The notes beneath the pieces were generated by a model. That model searched no databases and was not told the origin of the DNA. It saw nothing but the letters and a program-made list of their open reading frames with translations. From positions 6,361 through 70,360 of the forward strand of contig JBIIYZ010000004.1 in NCBI GenBank assembly GCA_044346555.1: a DNA stretch of 64,000 nucleotides, in the 5' to 3' direction. A program made the position numbers and the translations under genes. Position 1 is the stretch's first letter, and each line of letters opens with the position of its first letter. Below, piece after piece: positions 38,834 through 47,792 of the stretch. This DNA is from Candidatus Planktophila sp. Lineage in GTDB: Bacteria; Actinomycetota; Actinomycetes; Nanopelagicales; Nanopelagicaceae.

Positions 38834-39704
38834 GACTATCACGGCTCCTCATTACAACTAAAGCACAACCAATTAAAATTAATAGGACTCCTGGGATAAT
38901 TCCAATTGGCGGTTTCTGTCCCAGCCACCAAACTGCTAGCAGCGCACTTACCGGAACTTCAAAAAATACAATTAGTGAAACAATTGCAGGTGACACCCGT
39001 TTCAGCGCCGAGTTAAACATGGTGTGTCCCAAAATCTGAGCACCGGCAATTAACCCAAGTAGTATCCACCATTCGCGTGCGGTGTAATTAAAAATTTGAT
39101 TTCCACTAATTAATGCAATTGGCAGAGCAGTTATAGCGCAAACAAAATAACAAACTGTTGTATATGTGGTTGTTTCAAGAGTTCGTTGAGCCCTTGAACC
39201 AGCCATCATGTAACCAGCAGCTAGCGCCGCTGAAATCAGTGCGGCTATATCTCCTACGAATGCGCGAAAGGAAATTTGTAAATCCACGCCAGAGATAAGC
39301 AGAACGCCAAGAAAGGCAACGCCCATACCTAGCCAAGCTTTTGAGGGTATGTGCTGACCAGAGAGTTTTACAAAGATAGCGGCAAAGATTGGCTGAAGTG
39401 CGACTATCGCAGTACCTGATGCAACGCTGGTGTAACGCATTGCAATAAAGAAACCTCCGAAGTGCAGAGCAAGTATAAAACCAGCAAAAGCTGCCCACTT
39501 GATGCCATTGCGATCACGATGATGTCTGATTGCAAATGGTGCAGTAAGAATTGAGCCGCCCAAATTTCGCCAAAAAATCAGCACCCAGATCGGCATTGCA
39601 CTCATTGCGATTAATGGCCCTGATGTGCCGATGCCTAATATGCCAATGCCCATACGAATCTGATCACCGCGGGCCGGCATTGTTGTGACGCTATCTCGAC
39701 TCAT
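38826..39704 (-). CDS. DMT/EamA family transporter
   Basis: Ten TM in two EamA repeats, LALHF, YTSVA, GHTMFN. Confidence 0.9.
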   Translation of the reverse strand: MSRDSVTTMPARGDQIRMGIGILGIGTSGPLIAMSAMPIWVLIFWRNLGGSILTAPFAIRHHRDRNGIKWAAFAGFILALHFGGFFIAMRYTSVASGTAIVALQPIFAAIFVKLSGQHIPSKAWLGMGVAFLGVLLISGVDLQISFRAFVGDIAALISAALAAGYMMAGSRAQRTLETTTYTTVCYFVCAITALPIALISGNQIFNYTAREWWILLGLIAGAQILGHTMFNSALKRVSPAIVSLIVFFEVPVSALLAVWWLGQKPPIGIIPGVLLILIGCALVVMRSRDSRD

Positions 39705-39754
39705 TGGCTAAAGGTAGCGCGCATGGCCCGTGATAAAGCAGTTACCCTTAGCCC

Positions 39755-41041
39755 ATGAGCGGGAACACATTAAATCGAATCTTCCTCGCCCGATTAGCCG
39801 GAACTGCAGTATTTGACCCTAACGGAGATCCAGTCGGCAAGGTGCGAGATGCTGTCGCGACCCTGCGCACAAATAACGCTCAACCTCGAATTCTTGGTTT
39901 AGTTGTTGAAGTGCCAATGCGTCGTCGAGTTTTTGTACCAATTACTCGAGTCACTTCAATTGAAAGTGGCACCGTGATTATTACTGGCCTAGTTAATATG
40001 CGTCGGTTCGAAGTTCGCACTGGTGAAGTTTTAGTTTTAGGCGACATGCTCGACCGTTCAATTACTTTGATTGAATCTGGCGAAAATGTAGTCGTTGAAG
40101 ATATGGCGATGGAACAAAATCGCAATGGTGATTGGTTAATAACTAAAGTTCATATCATGCGTAAGTCGCGTGGATTGCGTCGCAAAGGTCCAACCTCAAC
40201 TGTGGCCTGGGAAGAAGTAGTTGGTTTTGCCAGCGTCGAGCAAAATCAAGGTGTAACAAATTTGCTTTACACGTTGAGCACGCTGCGCCCGGCAGATCTC
40301 GCAACGGTGCTTCAAGATTTAGCACCAAAGCGTCGAGTCGAAGTAGCTCGTGGGTTAGATGATGAGCGACTTGCTGATGTGCTTGAAGAAATGGATGAAA
40401 TACATCGCGTTGATTTGTTAACTGAACTCGAAGGCGAACGCGCTGCTGACGTACTTGGCGAAATGGATCCTGATGATGCCGCTGACTTGTTGCGCGAATT
40501 AGGTCAAGAACGTGCAGATGCGCTAATTGAGTTGATGGAACCCGAAGATGCTGAAGATGTGCTGCGGTTAATGAACTATGAAGATTATTCAGCCGGCGGC
40601 ATGATGACTACTGAGCCTTTGGTTATGTCAGCCGATGCCACAGTCGCCGAAGCTTTGGCGGCAGTTCGAAAGAGCGAAATTTCCCCGGCGCTGGCCTCTC
40701 AAATCTTCGTATGTCGCCAACCACTGGAAACTCCGACTGGTCGCTTCATGGGAATCGTTCATTACCAACGTTTATTGCGCGAACCGCCAGCAACTCTGCT
40801 CGGTTCAATCGTTGATACAAATACGCAAGGGTTAAATCCAGATGCGAGCTTGAACGAAGTTTCGTCATACTTGGCTAGTTACAACCTGCTTTCATTGCCA
40901 GTTATCGATGCCAACGACCGACTACTCGGCGCCGTCACGGTTGATGACGTGCTCGACCACTTATTGCCAGAGAATTGGCGTCATGATCATCGTGATCTTT
41001 CGCGAAGTTCTATCAAAGTAAATACCGAATTGGAGGGCTAA
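39755..41041 (+). CDS. MgtE N-domain/CBS protein with N-terminal PRC-like barrels, no TM domain
   Basis: LADVLEEM..., DPDDAADLL repeats, AGGMMTTEP, CBS pair ending GAVTVDDVLDHLLP. Confidence 0.88.
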   Translation: MSGNTLNRIFLARLAGTAVFDPNGDPVGKVRDAVATLRTNNAQPRILGLVVEVPMRRRVFVPITRVTSIESGTVIITGLVNMRRFEVRTGEVLVLGDMLDRSITLIESGENVVVEDMAMEQNRNGDWLITKVHIMRKSRGLRRKGPTSTVAWEEVVGFASVEQNQGVTNLLYTLSTLRPADLATVLQDLAPKRRVEVARGLDDERLADVLEEMDEIHRVDLLTELEGERAADVLGEMDPDDAADLLRELGQERADALIELMEPEDAEDVLRLMNYEDYSAGGMMTTEPLVMSADATVAEALAAVRKSEISPALASQIFVCRQPLETPTGRFMGIVHYQRLLREPPATLLGSIVDTNTQGLNPDASLNEVSSYLASYNLLSLPVIDANDRLLGAVTVDDVLDHLLPENWRHDHRDLSRSSIKVNTELEG

Positions 41042-41043
41042 CC

Positions 41044-41541
41044 ATGGCACGTCACAATGGTTTAGATACCCCACGCAGCAAAGGTCGCAGCCTTCGCCCA
41101 AATTATGATCCAGAAACATTTGGTCGCTTATCCGAAAGTTTTGCGCGTTTCCTAGGAACTGCACGCTTCTTGGTTTACATGACGGTATTTGTAGCAACTT
41201 GGGTTATTTGGAATACCGTCGCACCTACAAATCTGCGTTGGGATGATTACCCATTTATCTTCTTAACTTTAATTCTCTCTCTTCAAGCTTCCTATGCAGC
41301 TCCCCTAATTTTGCTCGCTCAGAATCGTCAAGCTGATCGAGATCGAATTCAAAGTAATGAAGATCGTGCACAGAACGAGCGAAGTATTGCTGATACTGAA
41401 TATCTAACTCGCGAACTTGCTAGTTTACGAAGCGCTCTAGGTGATGTTGCTACCCGCGACTTTATGCGTAGTGAACTATCTGATTTAGTTGCTGAACTTG
41501 AAAATAAGTTAAGTACTCAGCCCAAGCCGAACGCCAACTAA
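41044..41541 (+). CDS. DUF1003 membrane protein
   Basis: WDDYPFIFLTLILSLQASYAAPLILLAQNRQ. Confidence 0.92.
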   Translation: MARHNGLDTPRSKGRSLRPNYDPETFGRLSESFARFLGTARFLVYMTVFVATWVIWNTVAPTNLRWDDYPFIFLTLILSLQASYAAPLILLAQNRQADRDRIQSNEDRAQNERSIADTEYLTRELASLRSALGDVATRDFMRSELSDLVAELENKLSTQPKPNAN

Positions 41542-42630
41542 AGATTTCGGGCGCACGATAATTCGCGCAATAATTTCATCAAACACTTTTGCAGCAGAGC
41601 TTTCGGGGCTTGAGACAACAACCGGAATTCCAGTATCACCACCTTCGCGTAGCGCTGGACTAAATGGAATCTGACCCAAAATTGGCACATCTTTGCCCAC
41701 CAATAGTGATAATCGTTTAGCCGTCTCAGCTCCGCCACCTTCGCCAAAGAGTGAAATGGTTTCACTACAAGTTGGGCACGGGAATGCTGACATGTTTTCA
41801 ATAACGCCGATTACTTGTTGTTTCATTTGGTGAGCTATGCGGCCAGCACGTTCGGCAACTTCGGCGGCTGCGATTTGTGGAGTAGTGACTACCAAGATTT
41901 CTGAAGAAGGAATCAACTGACCAAGTGAAATCGCTAAGTCGCCAGTTCCGGGTGGTAAATCCAAGAGGAGTAGATCAAGGTCGCCCCAATAGGCATCGGA
42001 TAAGAGCTGCTCGAGAACTTTGTGTAACAGTGGGCCACGATAAGCAACCGCATCGGAGCGTTCGGGCTTAAACATCTCCATCGATACCGTCTTTACGCCA
42101 TATGACTCAAGCGGAATAAACATTTGATCAATGGCAGTTGGTCGTTGCCCGATTAAACCCATTAATCGAGGAATTGAATGACCATATACATCGGCATCCA
42201 GAATTCCAACTTTCAAGCCTTGGTTGGCGGCTGCGATGGCTAAATTAGCAGTGACTGAAGACTTACCAACACCACCTTTACCGGATGCAACACCGAGTAC
42301 CCGGGTGAGCGAATCAGGTTGTGCAAATGGAATAAATTTCTCGCGACCATTTCGCAATAGTGATTTCACATTGTCTCGCTGCTTATCTGACATAACTCCA
42401 AAAGTTAAGTCAATTTCAGAGACACCTGTAATCGAACTAACCGCAGAAGTGACATCAGTGCGCAGACGATCTTTCATTGGACAACCTGAAATAGTTAGCA
42501 ACACATGTAGTTCGAGGCGGCCATTCTTAAAATCAACCCGATCAACCATGCCTAGCTCGGTAATTGAGCGATGTAGCTCTGGGTCCTGAACTTTTGCTAA
42601 AGCTTCGGTAACTTGATCGACTACGCTCAT
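41509..42630 (-). CDS. mrp: Mrp/NBP35 Fe-S cluster carrier ATPase
   Basis: N-terminal DUF59 (DPEL...GCP), SGKGGVGKS, DADVYG, DLPPGTGD, CPTC. Confidence 0.95.
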   Translation of the reverse strand: MSVVDQVTEALAKVQDPELHRSITELGMVDRVDFKNGRLELHVLLTISGCPMKDRLRTDVTSAVSSITGVSEIDLTFGVMSDKQRDNVKSLLRNGREKFIPFAQPDSLTRVLGVASGKGGVGKSSVTANLAIAAANQGLKVGILDADVYGHSIPRLMGLIGQRPTAIDQMFIPLESYGVKTVSMEMFKPERSDAVAYRGPLLHKVLEQLLSDAYWGDLDLLLLDLPPGTGDLAISLGQLIPSSEILVVTTPQIAAAEVAERAGRIAHQMKQQVIGVIENMSAFPCPTCSETISLFGEGGGAETAKRLSLLVGKDVPILGQIPFSPALREGGDTGIPVVVSSPESSAAKVFDEIIARIIVRPKSLVGVRLGLST

Positions 42631-42938
42631 ATTAAGTCCGGATCTATTTTGCTCTCGTAGGTTGGTTTACTTTTCTTCGGTAAATCATCTTGTGCTAGCA
42701 CATCGTTAATTTGCTTTTTTATAAAAGTCTTTGGGTTTAAGTCACTCGGTTGTAGGTCTTCGAAACCTGGCCCGAGGTTTTCGCGTAATTCGGCTGTTGC
42801 TGAATTTGAAATACTGCGCAATTTCTTAACTAACTTGGCAGCATCGCTGGCTAATCGTGGCAACCGTTCTGGTCCAACTAAAATCATGCCCAATACGGCT
42901 AAGCCAAGTAACTCACCAGCGCCGAGATCGAAGAACAT
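42627..42938 (-). CDS. tatB: Sec-independent translocase TatB
   Basis: MFFDLGAGEL...VGPERLP, ELGP-like ENLGPGFEDL. Confidence 0.9.
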   Translation of the reverse strand: MFFDLGAGELLGLAVLGMILVGPERLPRLASDAAKLVKKLRSISNSATAELRENLGPGFEDLQPSDLNPKTFIKKQINDVLAQDDLPKKSKPTYESKIDPDLI

Positions 42939-42959
42939 TTCGCTAGCCTATCGGTTGCA

Positions 42960-44090
42960 TTATTTGCCCGCGATCAGAATTAACTTCGCAGTACCGATCG
43001 TCTTGCCACGCAAGTAAGTGATAGTCACCTCATCGCCAACGTTGTGCGTGCGAATTTCAACAATTAGTTCTTCCGGGGAGTTTATTTTCAGGCCATCTAT
43101 GGCGGTTATGAGATCGCCAGCTCGCAGACCAGCTTTGGCAGCTGGCCCGCCGGCCAAGATTGCCGTCGATGAATTTGCGATTAACGCTCCACCGCTGGTG
43201 TAGTTCATATCAACCGATACACCAATAACTGGATAGGTAGCTTTGCCATCTTTGATCAATTGATCTGCAGTTTTGCGAGCCTGATTAATTGGAATCGCAA
43301 AACCAAGACCAATTGAACCGGTCTGTAATCCAGCGCCAAGAGTTGCGATCGCCGAATTAACTCCAATCACAGCGCCAGTTGCATCAACTAGCGGTCCGCC
43401 TGAATTACCCGGATTAATTGCGGCATCTGTTTGTAGTGCACTGATAAATGATGCGCTGTTGCTATCTCCTGCGGTGACCGGACGGTTTTTCGCACTAATA
43501 ATTCCTTGGGTTACCGTTCCTGATAATCCAAGTGGCGAACCAAAGGCAATAACTGAATCGCCAACTTGAACCTTTTCGCTATCGCCAAATTGAAGTGCCT
43601 TTAATCCAGTTATTTTGATTTTCAAAACCGCCAAATCATAAGATTCATCACGGCCAATAACCTTTGCATCAAATTCACGACCATCATTTAGAACGACTTT
43701 GATTGCTTCAGCATCTGCAATCACGTGATCATTAGTCAACAGATATCCATTTGAGGAAATCACAAAACCAGAACCAGATCCGCCACCATCTTTTGACAAT
43801 GTTTCAATTGAAACTACTGATGGCAAAACTCGCGCAGCAATACCCGCTATTGAATCTGGCGAACGTTCAATCGTTGAAGTTGAAGAAACTAAATTAACGC
43901 CACTTGAAATCAAACCTTTAGTCGCATCTCCACCGAGTACGCCACCCAGCAGGCCTGCAACTAAGGCAAGAACCACGATAGATGCGGTTGGCATTGTGCG
44001 CTTATTGCCGGCGCTTGATTCAAGATCCTCTAAGAAGATTAGTTGATTTGGTTTGCGGCGAAAGATCCGCGCTGGTTTGCGTACTGGCAT
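42960..44090 (-). CDS. htrA: HtrA/S1C serine protease with PDZ domain
   Basis: TM anchor, triad TNDHV / DLAVL / TDAAINPGNSGG, C-terminal PDZ. Confidence 0.93.
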   Translation of the reverse strand: MPVRKPARIFRRKPNQLIFLEDLESSAGNKRTMPTASIVVLALVAGLLGGVLGGDATKGLISSGVNLVSSTSTIERSPDSIAGIAARVLPSVVSIETLSKDGGGSGSGFVISSNGYLLTNDHVIADAEAIKVVLNDGREFDAKVIGRDESYDLAVLKIKITGLKALQFGDSEKVQVGDSVIAFGSPLGLSGTVTQGIISAKNRPVTAGDSNSASFISALQTDAAINPGNSGGPLVDATGAVIGVNSAIATLGAGLQTGSIGLGFAIPINQARKTADQLIKDGKATYPVIGVSVDMNYTSGGALIANSSTAILAGGPAAKAGLRAGDLITAIDGLKINSPEELIVEIRTHNVGDEVTITYLRGKTIGTAKLILIAGK

Positions 44091-44102
44091 GAGGCTATCT
44101 TG

Positions 44103-44729
44103 CTATAACTTTGTGGCGATCAACAAACCATCTCCGACTGGCAATAGTGAACTCTGCCAATGGTCACGGTTAGTTTTGATTCTTTTCCCAGCCTCGCGTA
44201 GCGCGATTGTCTTGGGGTCACGCTGTGCGGGATCTGGCACTTTGCCACCACCAAAGAACGAGTCAATAACTAAGACTCCTCCGCTTCGCAAAATCCGATG
44301 AGCTTCATCAATTGTGTAAGTTAAATCAATCGGGTCATGACGCAAGATCACTAAGTCATATGCGCGGTCAGTTAACTTACTTAAAACATCCATGACTGGA
44401 TTTGTGATTAGCCGAAACCGGGCCGCCTCGATCTCGGCCTCATAGAAAGCCATCTTCGCAATACGAGCGTGCTCTATCTCGTCATCAATTGAAGTTAGCG
44501 TGCCGCTATCGATCATGCCGCGCAATAAATAGAGGCTACCCACACCAGAGCCAGTACCTACCTCGACTACAGATTGTGCAGAAAGTAAATGTGCCAACTG
44601 CTGAAGAAAGACACCGGTTCCGACGCTGATGTCATTAGCACCAACTTCCACACCGCGTGCTCTGGCATGTTCTAGTACAACATCTTCGGCATTAAAGTTT
44701 TCGGCATAAGTAAATAGATCAGTGATCAT
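44103..44729 (-). CDS. SAM-dependent O-methyltransferase (Rv1220c-like; start corrected)
   Basis: VVEVGTG.GV, LTSIDDE, LLPVGDGLL; ATGA overlap with upstream pepA. Confidence 0.88.
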   Translation of the reverse strand: MITDLFTYAENFNAEDVVLEHARARGVEVGANDISVGTGVFLQQLAHLLSAQSVVEVGTGSGVGSLYLLRGMIDSGTLTSIDDEIEHARIAKMAFYEAEIEAARFRLITNPVMDVLSKLTDRAYDLVILRHDPIDLTYTIDEAHRILRSGGVLVIDSFFGGGKVPDPAQRDPKTIALREAGKRIKTNRDHWQSSLLPVGDGLLIATKL

Positions 44730-46249
44730 AAGGTTGAAATCCAAGTAGTTAGCAAGCGAACTCCAAAACCAGTGCCGCCTTTAGGATTTTCACCAGCATC
44801 AACTTCGCTGCGACCAGTACCCGCAATATCAAAGTGCACCCATTTGCGATCCCCAACAAACTTTTCTAGGAACAGTGCTGCAGTTACCGAACCAGCGTTG
44901 TAATCACCTTTAGCGGCATCGTTATTTATATCTGCGATATCACTTTCAAGTGCATCAACGTAATCATTTACAAGTGGCATGCGCCAAACTCGATCGCCAG
45001 ATTCATTTCCTAGTTCATGAAACTTTGCTGCCAACTTGTCATCGCGCGAATACATTGCGGCATATTGGCGGCCGAGCCCCAAAGTCGCTGAGCCAGTCAG
45101 TGTTGCTACATCAATTAAATAGTCTGGCTTTAACTTCAAATTCGCATAAGCCAAACCATCGGCTAGTACTAAGCGACCTTCGGCATCAGTGTTTAAAACT
45201 TCTGTGGTGGTGCCACCGAAGTGCGTTATGACATCACTTGGACGTTGGGCCGTGCCAGATACTGCATTTTCAGCACACATTAATAGCGCTGTAACTCTAA
45301 CGCGTGGCGCTAACTCTGGCAGGGCGCTGACAACACAGAGAACTGCAGCAGCACCAGCCATGTCGGTTTTCATCGCCATCATGGTGTCGTAAGGGCGTTT
45401 CATTGAATATCCACCGGTATCAAAAGTAATTCCTTTGCCCACTAAAACTACATGTGGCCAATTGCTAGAACCTTTGGGTGCGTAGGTTATTTCGATAAAG
45501 CGAGGCGGTGATTTACGGGAAGAGTTTCCGACTGCTGCTAAGCCGCCAAATTGTGCGAGTTCTTTTCCAGCTAAAACCTTCAGTGAAATGTTTCGCTCTT
45601 TAGCCACTGTTTTAGCATTTGCGGCCATCCAGGCTGGCGTTTTTATATTTGCCGGCGTGTGTACAAGATCGCGAGCACGCCATACGGCGGCGGCAATAGC
45701 GAGAGCTCGCTTTAGCGCCAAAGTTGAAATAGATAGTGAAATTGTTGGCTTTAGTGGTTTAGGCCCACTCTTTAAATTCCAGATGTAAGCGCCCATGGTT
45801 GCCGAGATGGCATGCGCAGTCGCCGTTGCATCAGTTGTGGCGCAGAAAGATGAAATGCTTTGTGATTTTCCTTTGACCTTTCGGCCAACGCTCGCACCTG
45901 CTGCACGTAAAGCGGCAATTGATTGATCTCCTAAACCGACCAACATTAGCCGTTCGGTTTTGGCATCTTGCGCACTAACTGGAAGTTCGAAAGTCTCACC
46001 AGCTTTTCCGGAAGGAGCAAAAAACTTAAGTTCGTCAAGGAGATCAATTTCAAATGTTTCCGCGATGCTCTTTAGGAAAAGAGTTGAGCCAACTAACTTA
46101 AACTCTTTCTCAGTCTTCGCACCAGATTTTTCCAGCGGGTCTGAGTTTTCGACCGCGACAAAGCCAAGGGCAATAATTTCGCTATTAAGGGCGGACTTAA
46201 GTTCTGCCGAAATCGCCGTTAGCTCTGGAAAGTGTGCAGGTAGAGACAT
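44726..46249 (-). CDS. pepA: Leucyl aminopeptidase (M17)
   Basis: VGKGITFDTGG, MKTDMAGAA, NTDAEGRLVLAD, ATLTG, HFDIAG. Confidence 0.95.
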   Translation of the reverse strand: MSLPAHFPELTAISAELKSALNSEIIALGFVAVENSDPLEKSGAKTEKEFKLVGSTLFLKSIAETFEIDLLDELKFFAPSGKAGETFELPVSAQDAKTERLMLVGLGDQSIAALRAAGASVGRKVKGKSQSISSFCATTDATATAHAISATMGAYIWNLKSGPKPLKPTISLSISTLALKRALAIAAAVWRARDLVHTPANIKTPAWMAANAKTVAKERNISLKVLAGKELAQFGGLAAVGNSSRKSPPRFIEITYAPKGSSNWPHVVLVGKGITFDTGGYSMKRPYDTMMAMKTDMAGAAAVLCVVSALPELAPRVRVTALLMCAENAVSGTAQRPSDVITHFGGTTTEVLNTDAEGRLVLADGLAYANLKLKPDYLIDVATLTGSATLGLGRQYAAMYSRDDKLAAKFHELGNESGDRVWRMPLVNDYVDALESDIADINNDAAKGDYNAGSVTAALFLEKFVGDRKWVHFDIAGTGRSEVDAGENPKGGTGFGVRLLTTWISTL

Positions 46250-46270
46250 AAGCGGCAGGCTATCTGATTA

Positions 46271-46450
46271 CTACTTCTTAATCAGCCCAACCGCTGCGTG
46301 TAACGCGGCACTTAAATTTGTGGCTTCTTCGGCGTTCATTTCTACGACTAATCGTCCGCCGCCTTCTAGTGGAATTCGCATAACTAGGGAGCGAGCTTCC
46401 TTGGTAACTTCCATTGGGCCATCACCAGTACGAGGTTTCATGGCAGCCAT
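46271..46450 (-). CDS. DUF3117 domain protein (start corrected)
   Basis: MAAMKPRTGDGPMEVTKEARSLVMRIPLEGGGRLVVE; AAGGAG SD. Confidence 0.95.
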   Translation of the reverse strand: MAAMKPRTGDGPMEVTKEARSLVMRIPLEGGGRLVVEMNAEEATNLSAALHAAVGLIKK

Positions 46451-46533
46451 TGGAACTCCTTCAAAGATCTTACGCGGGTGTGAGGGAGAAGTATCTCGCA
46501 TTTAGGGGGTGAAACAGAAATCAAGATCGCCCC

Positions 46534-46734
46534 TTATGGAGCGAGCAATGCGCTTAATCTGGACTTTCCGCTGGAAATAAGCGAAAGAACTGCCCGTTCA
46601 GGCACCCCAATCAACTTGGCAATTTCTGGGGCAGCTAGGCCACGTAAGAGATGCATCGTCAAGATTATGCGCTCTTCTTCGGGTAAATCATTGAGCACTT
46701 CGGCCAAGGTTTTGGCTGACTTTGGGGCGCTCAT
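46534..46734 (-). CDS. Stand-alone sigma-70 region-4-like HTH protein, 66 aa
   Basis: LAEVLNDLPEEERIILTMHLLRGLAAPEIAKLIGVPERAV..LISSGKSRL follows the sigma4 pattern; TAGCCT-N8-ATG upstream. Confidence 0.7.
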   Translation of the reverse strand: MSAPKSAKTLAEVLNDLPEEERIILTMHLLRGLAAPEIAKLIGVPERAVLSLISSGKSRLSALLAP

Positions 46735-46748
46735 AGGAGTACAGGCTA

Positions 46749-47204
46749 CTAGCGATTGGTAAGAGATCTCCGAAAGCGTAAAAGTGAGATTCGCACGCCT
46801 AAATAGGTGGGCAAATAGATCAAGAGAAATACTGCCTTTGGTGCTCTGATGGTTTCGGACCAATCGAAATTGGTTACGGCTTCTTGAGCGCTGGAAAGAT
46901 CGGTTAACTCGAATTTTCCGGTGCCTTTAATTACTTTTCCAACATGATCAACTTCGCACAGATAAGGCGGTTGCCAATTTGTGACCACCATTTTATCCAA
47001 TAAGCCAAATTTGAAACCTGATTTAACGAGCGGTCCAGTTAGCGCGCTAATTGAAGTTCCAACACCAGCACGAATATCAGAAGTTACCCAAACTCTCGTT
47101 TGAAGCATCCAGTCGCCTTGGCTCTCCCAATCGGCAATCGCTGCCCATACTTTTTCGATGGGCGCTTTAATCTGTATCTTGATCTTAATTTCGTTAGTTG
47201 ACAA
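46749..47204 (-). CDS. SRPBCC family protein
   Basis: APIEKVWAAIADW..QGDWML.T, V..W.PP..C.V.H.G.VIKG.G.F. Confidence 0.85.
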   Translation of the reverse strand: MSTNEIKIKIQIKAPIEKVWAAIADWESQGDWMLQTRVWVTSDIRAGVGTSISALTGPLVKSGFKFGLLDKMVVTNWQPPYLCEVDHVGKVIKGTGKFELTDLSSAQEAVTNFDWSETIRAPKAVFLLIYLPTYLGVRISLLRFRRSLTNR

Positions 47205-47219
47205 TTCTTTTACCTCTAA

Positions 47220-47762
47220 TTAACTGGCACTACTAGATAACGCATCAATGGCTTGATTGACGGTGGTGCACCAAGTGACTAATTCGCGCTGCCCTGGTTT
47301 AACAAACCCTTCAGACTCAAGATGATCTAGTAGCGTCACAAGTGGTGAGAACGCGCCATGAGGATCAAGAATTAGAACTGGTTTATCGTGAAATTTAAGG
47401 AAACGACCAACCCAGATTTCGAAAAACTCTTCTAAGGTGCCAGGGCCCCCAGGCAAAGTGATAAATGCATCGGCTAAATTTTCGATCTTAGCTTTACGTT
47501 CGCGCATTGATTCAACTACATGTAACTCATCGCTATCGCGGTCAGCGAATTCAATATCGACTAGTGATTGTGGAATCACCCCAATAGTGTGGCCACCAAC
47601 TTCGCGGACCGCACGGCCAATTGCGCCCATGGTTGAAATGTGTCCACCGCCTGAAACTAAGCCCCACCCTTTATTACCGATGGCATTTCCAAGTTCGGTC
47701 GCAACCACTTGGTATTTCGCATCAATAGTTGGTGATGACGAACAAAAGACGGCAATACGCAT
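47220..47762 (-). CDS. LOG family (TIGR00730) nucleotide phosphoribohydrolase (start corrected)
   Basis: IAVFCSSS, MRERK, LPGGPGTLEEF. Confidence 0.92.
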   Translation of the reverse strand: MRIAVFCSSSPTIDAKYQVVATELGNAIGNKGWGLVSGGGHISTMGAIGRAVREVGGHTIGVIPQSLVDIEFADRDSDELHVVESMRERKAKIENLADAFITLPGGPGTLEEFFEIWVGRFLKFHDKPVLILDPHGAFSPLVTLLDHLESEGFVKPGQRELVTWCTTVNQAIDALSSSAS

Positions 47763-47792
47763 GTCGGTAAGGATAGGGGCTAGGCTTGCCTT

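Noticed and set aside
46534-46734. Sigma4 microprotein as a decoy for the two WhiB proteins
   Set aside because: WhiB proteins dock on the His-Pro motif at the end of SigA region 4; this protein lacks it
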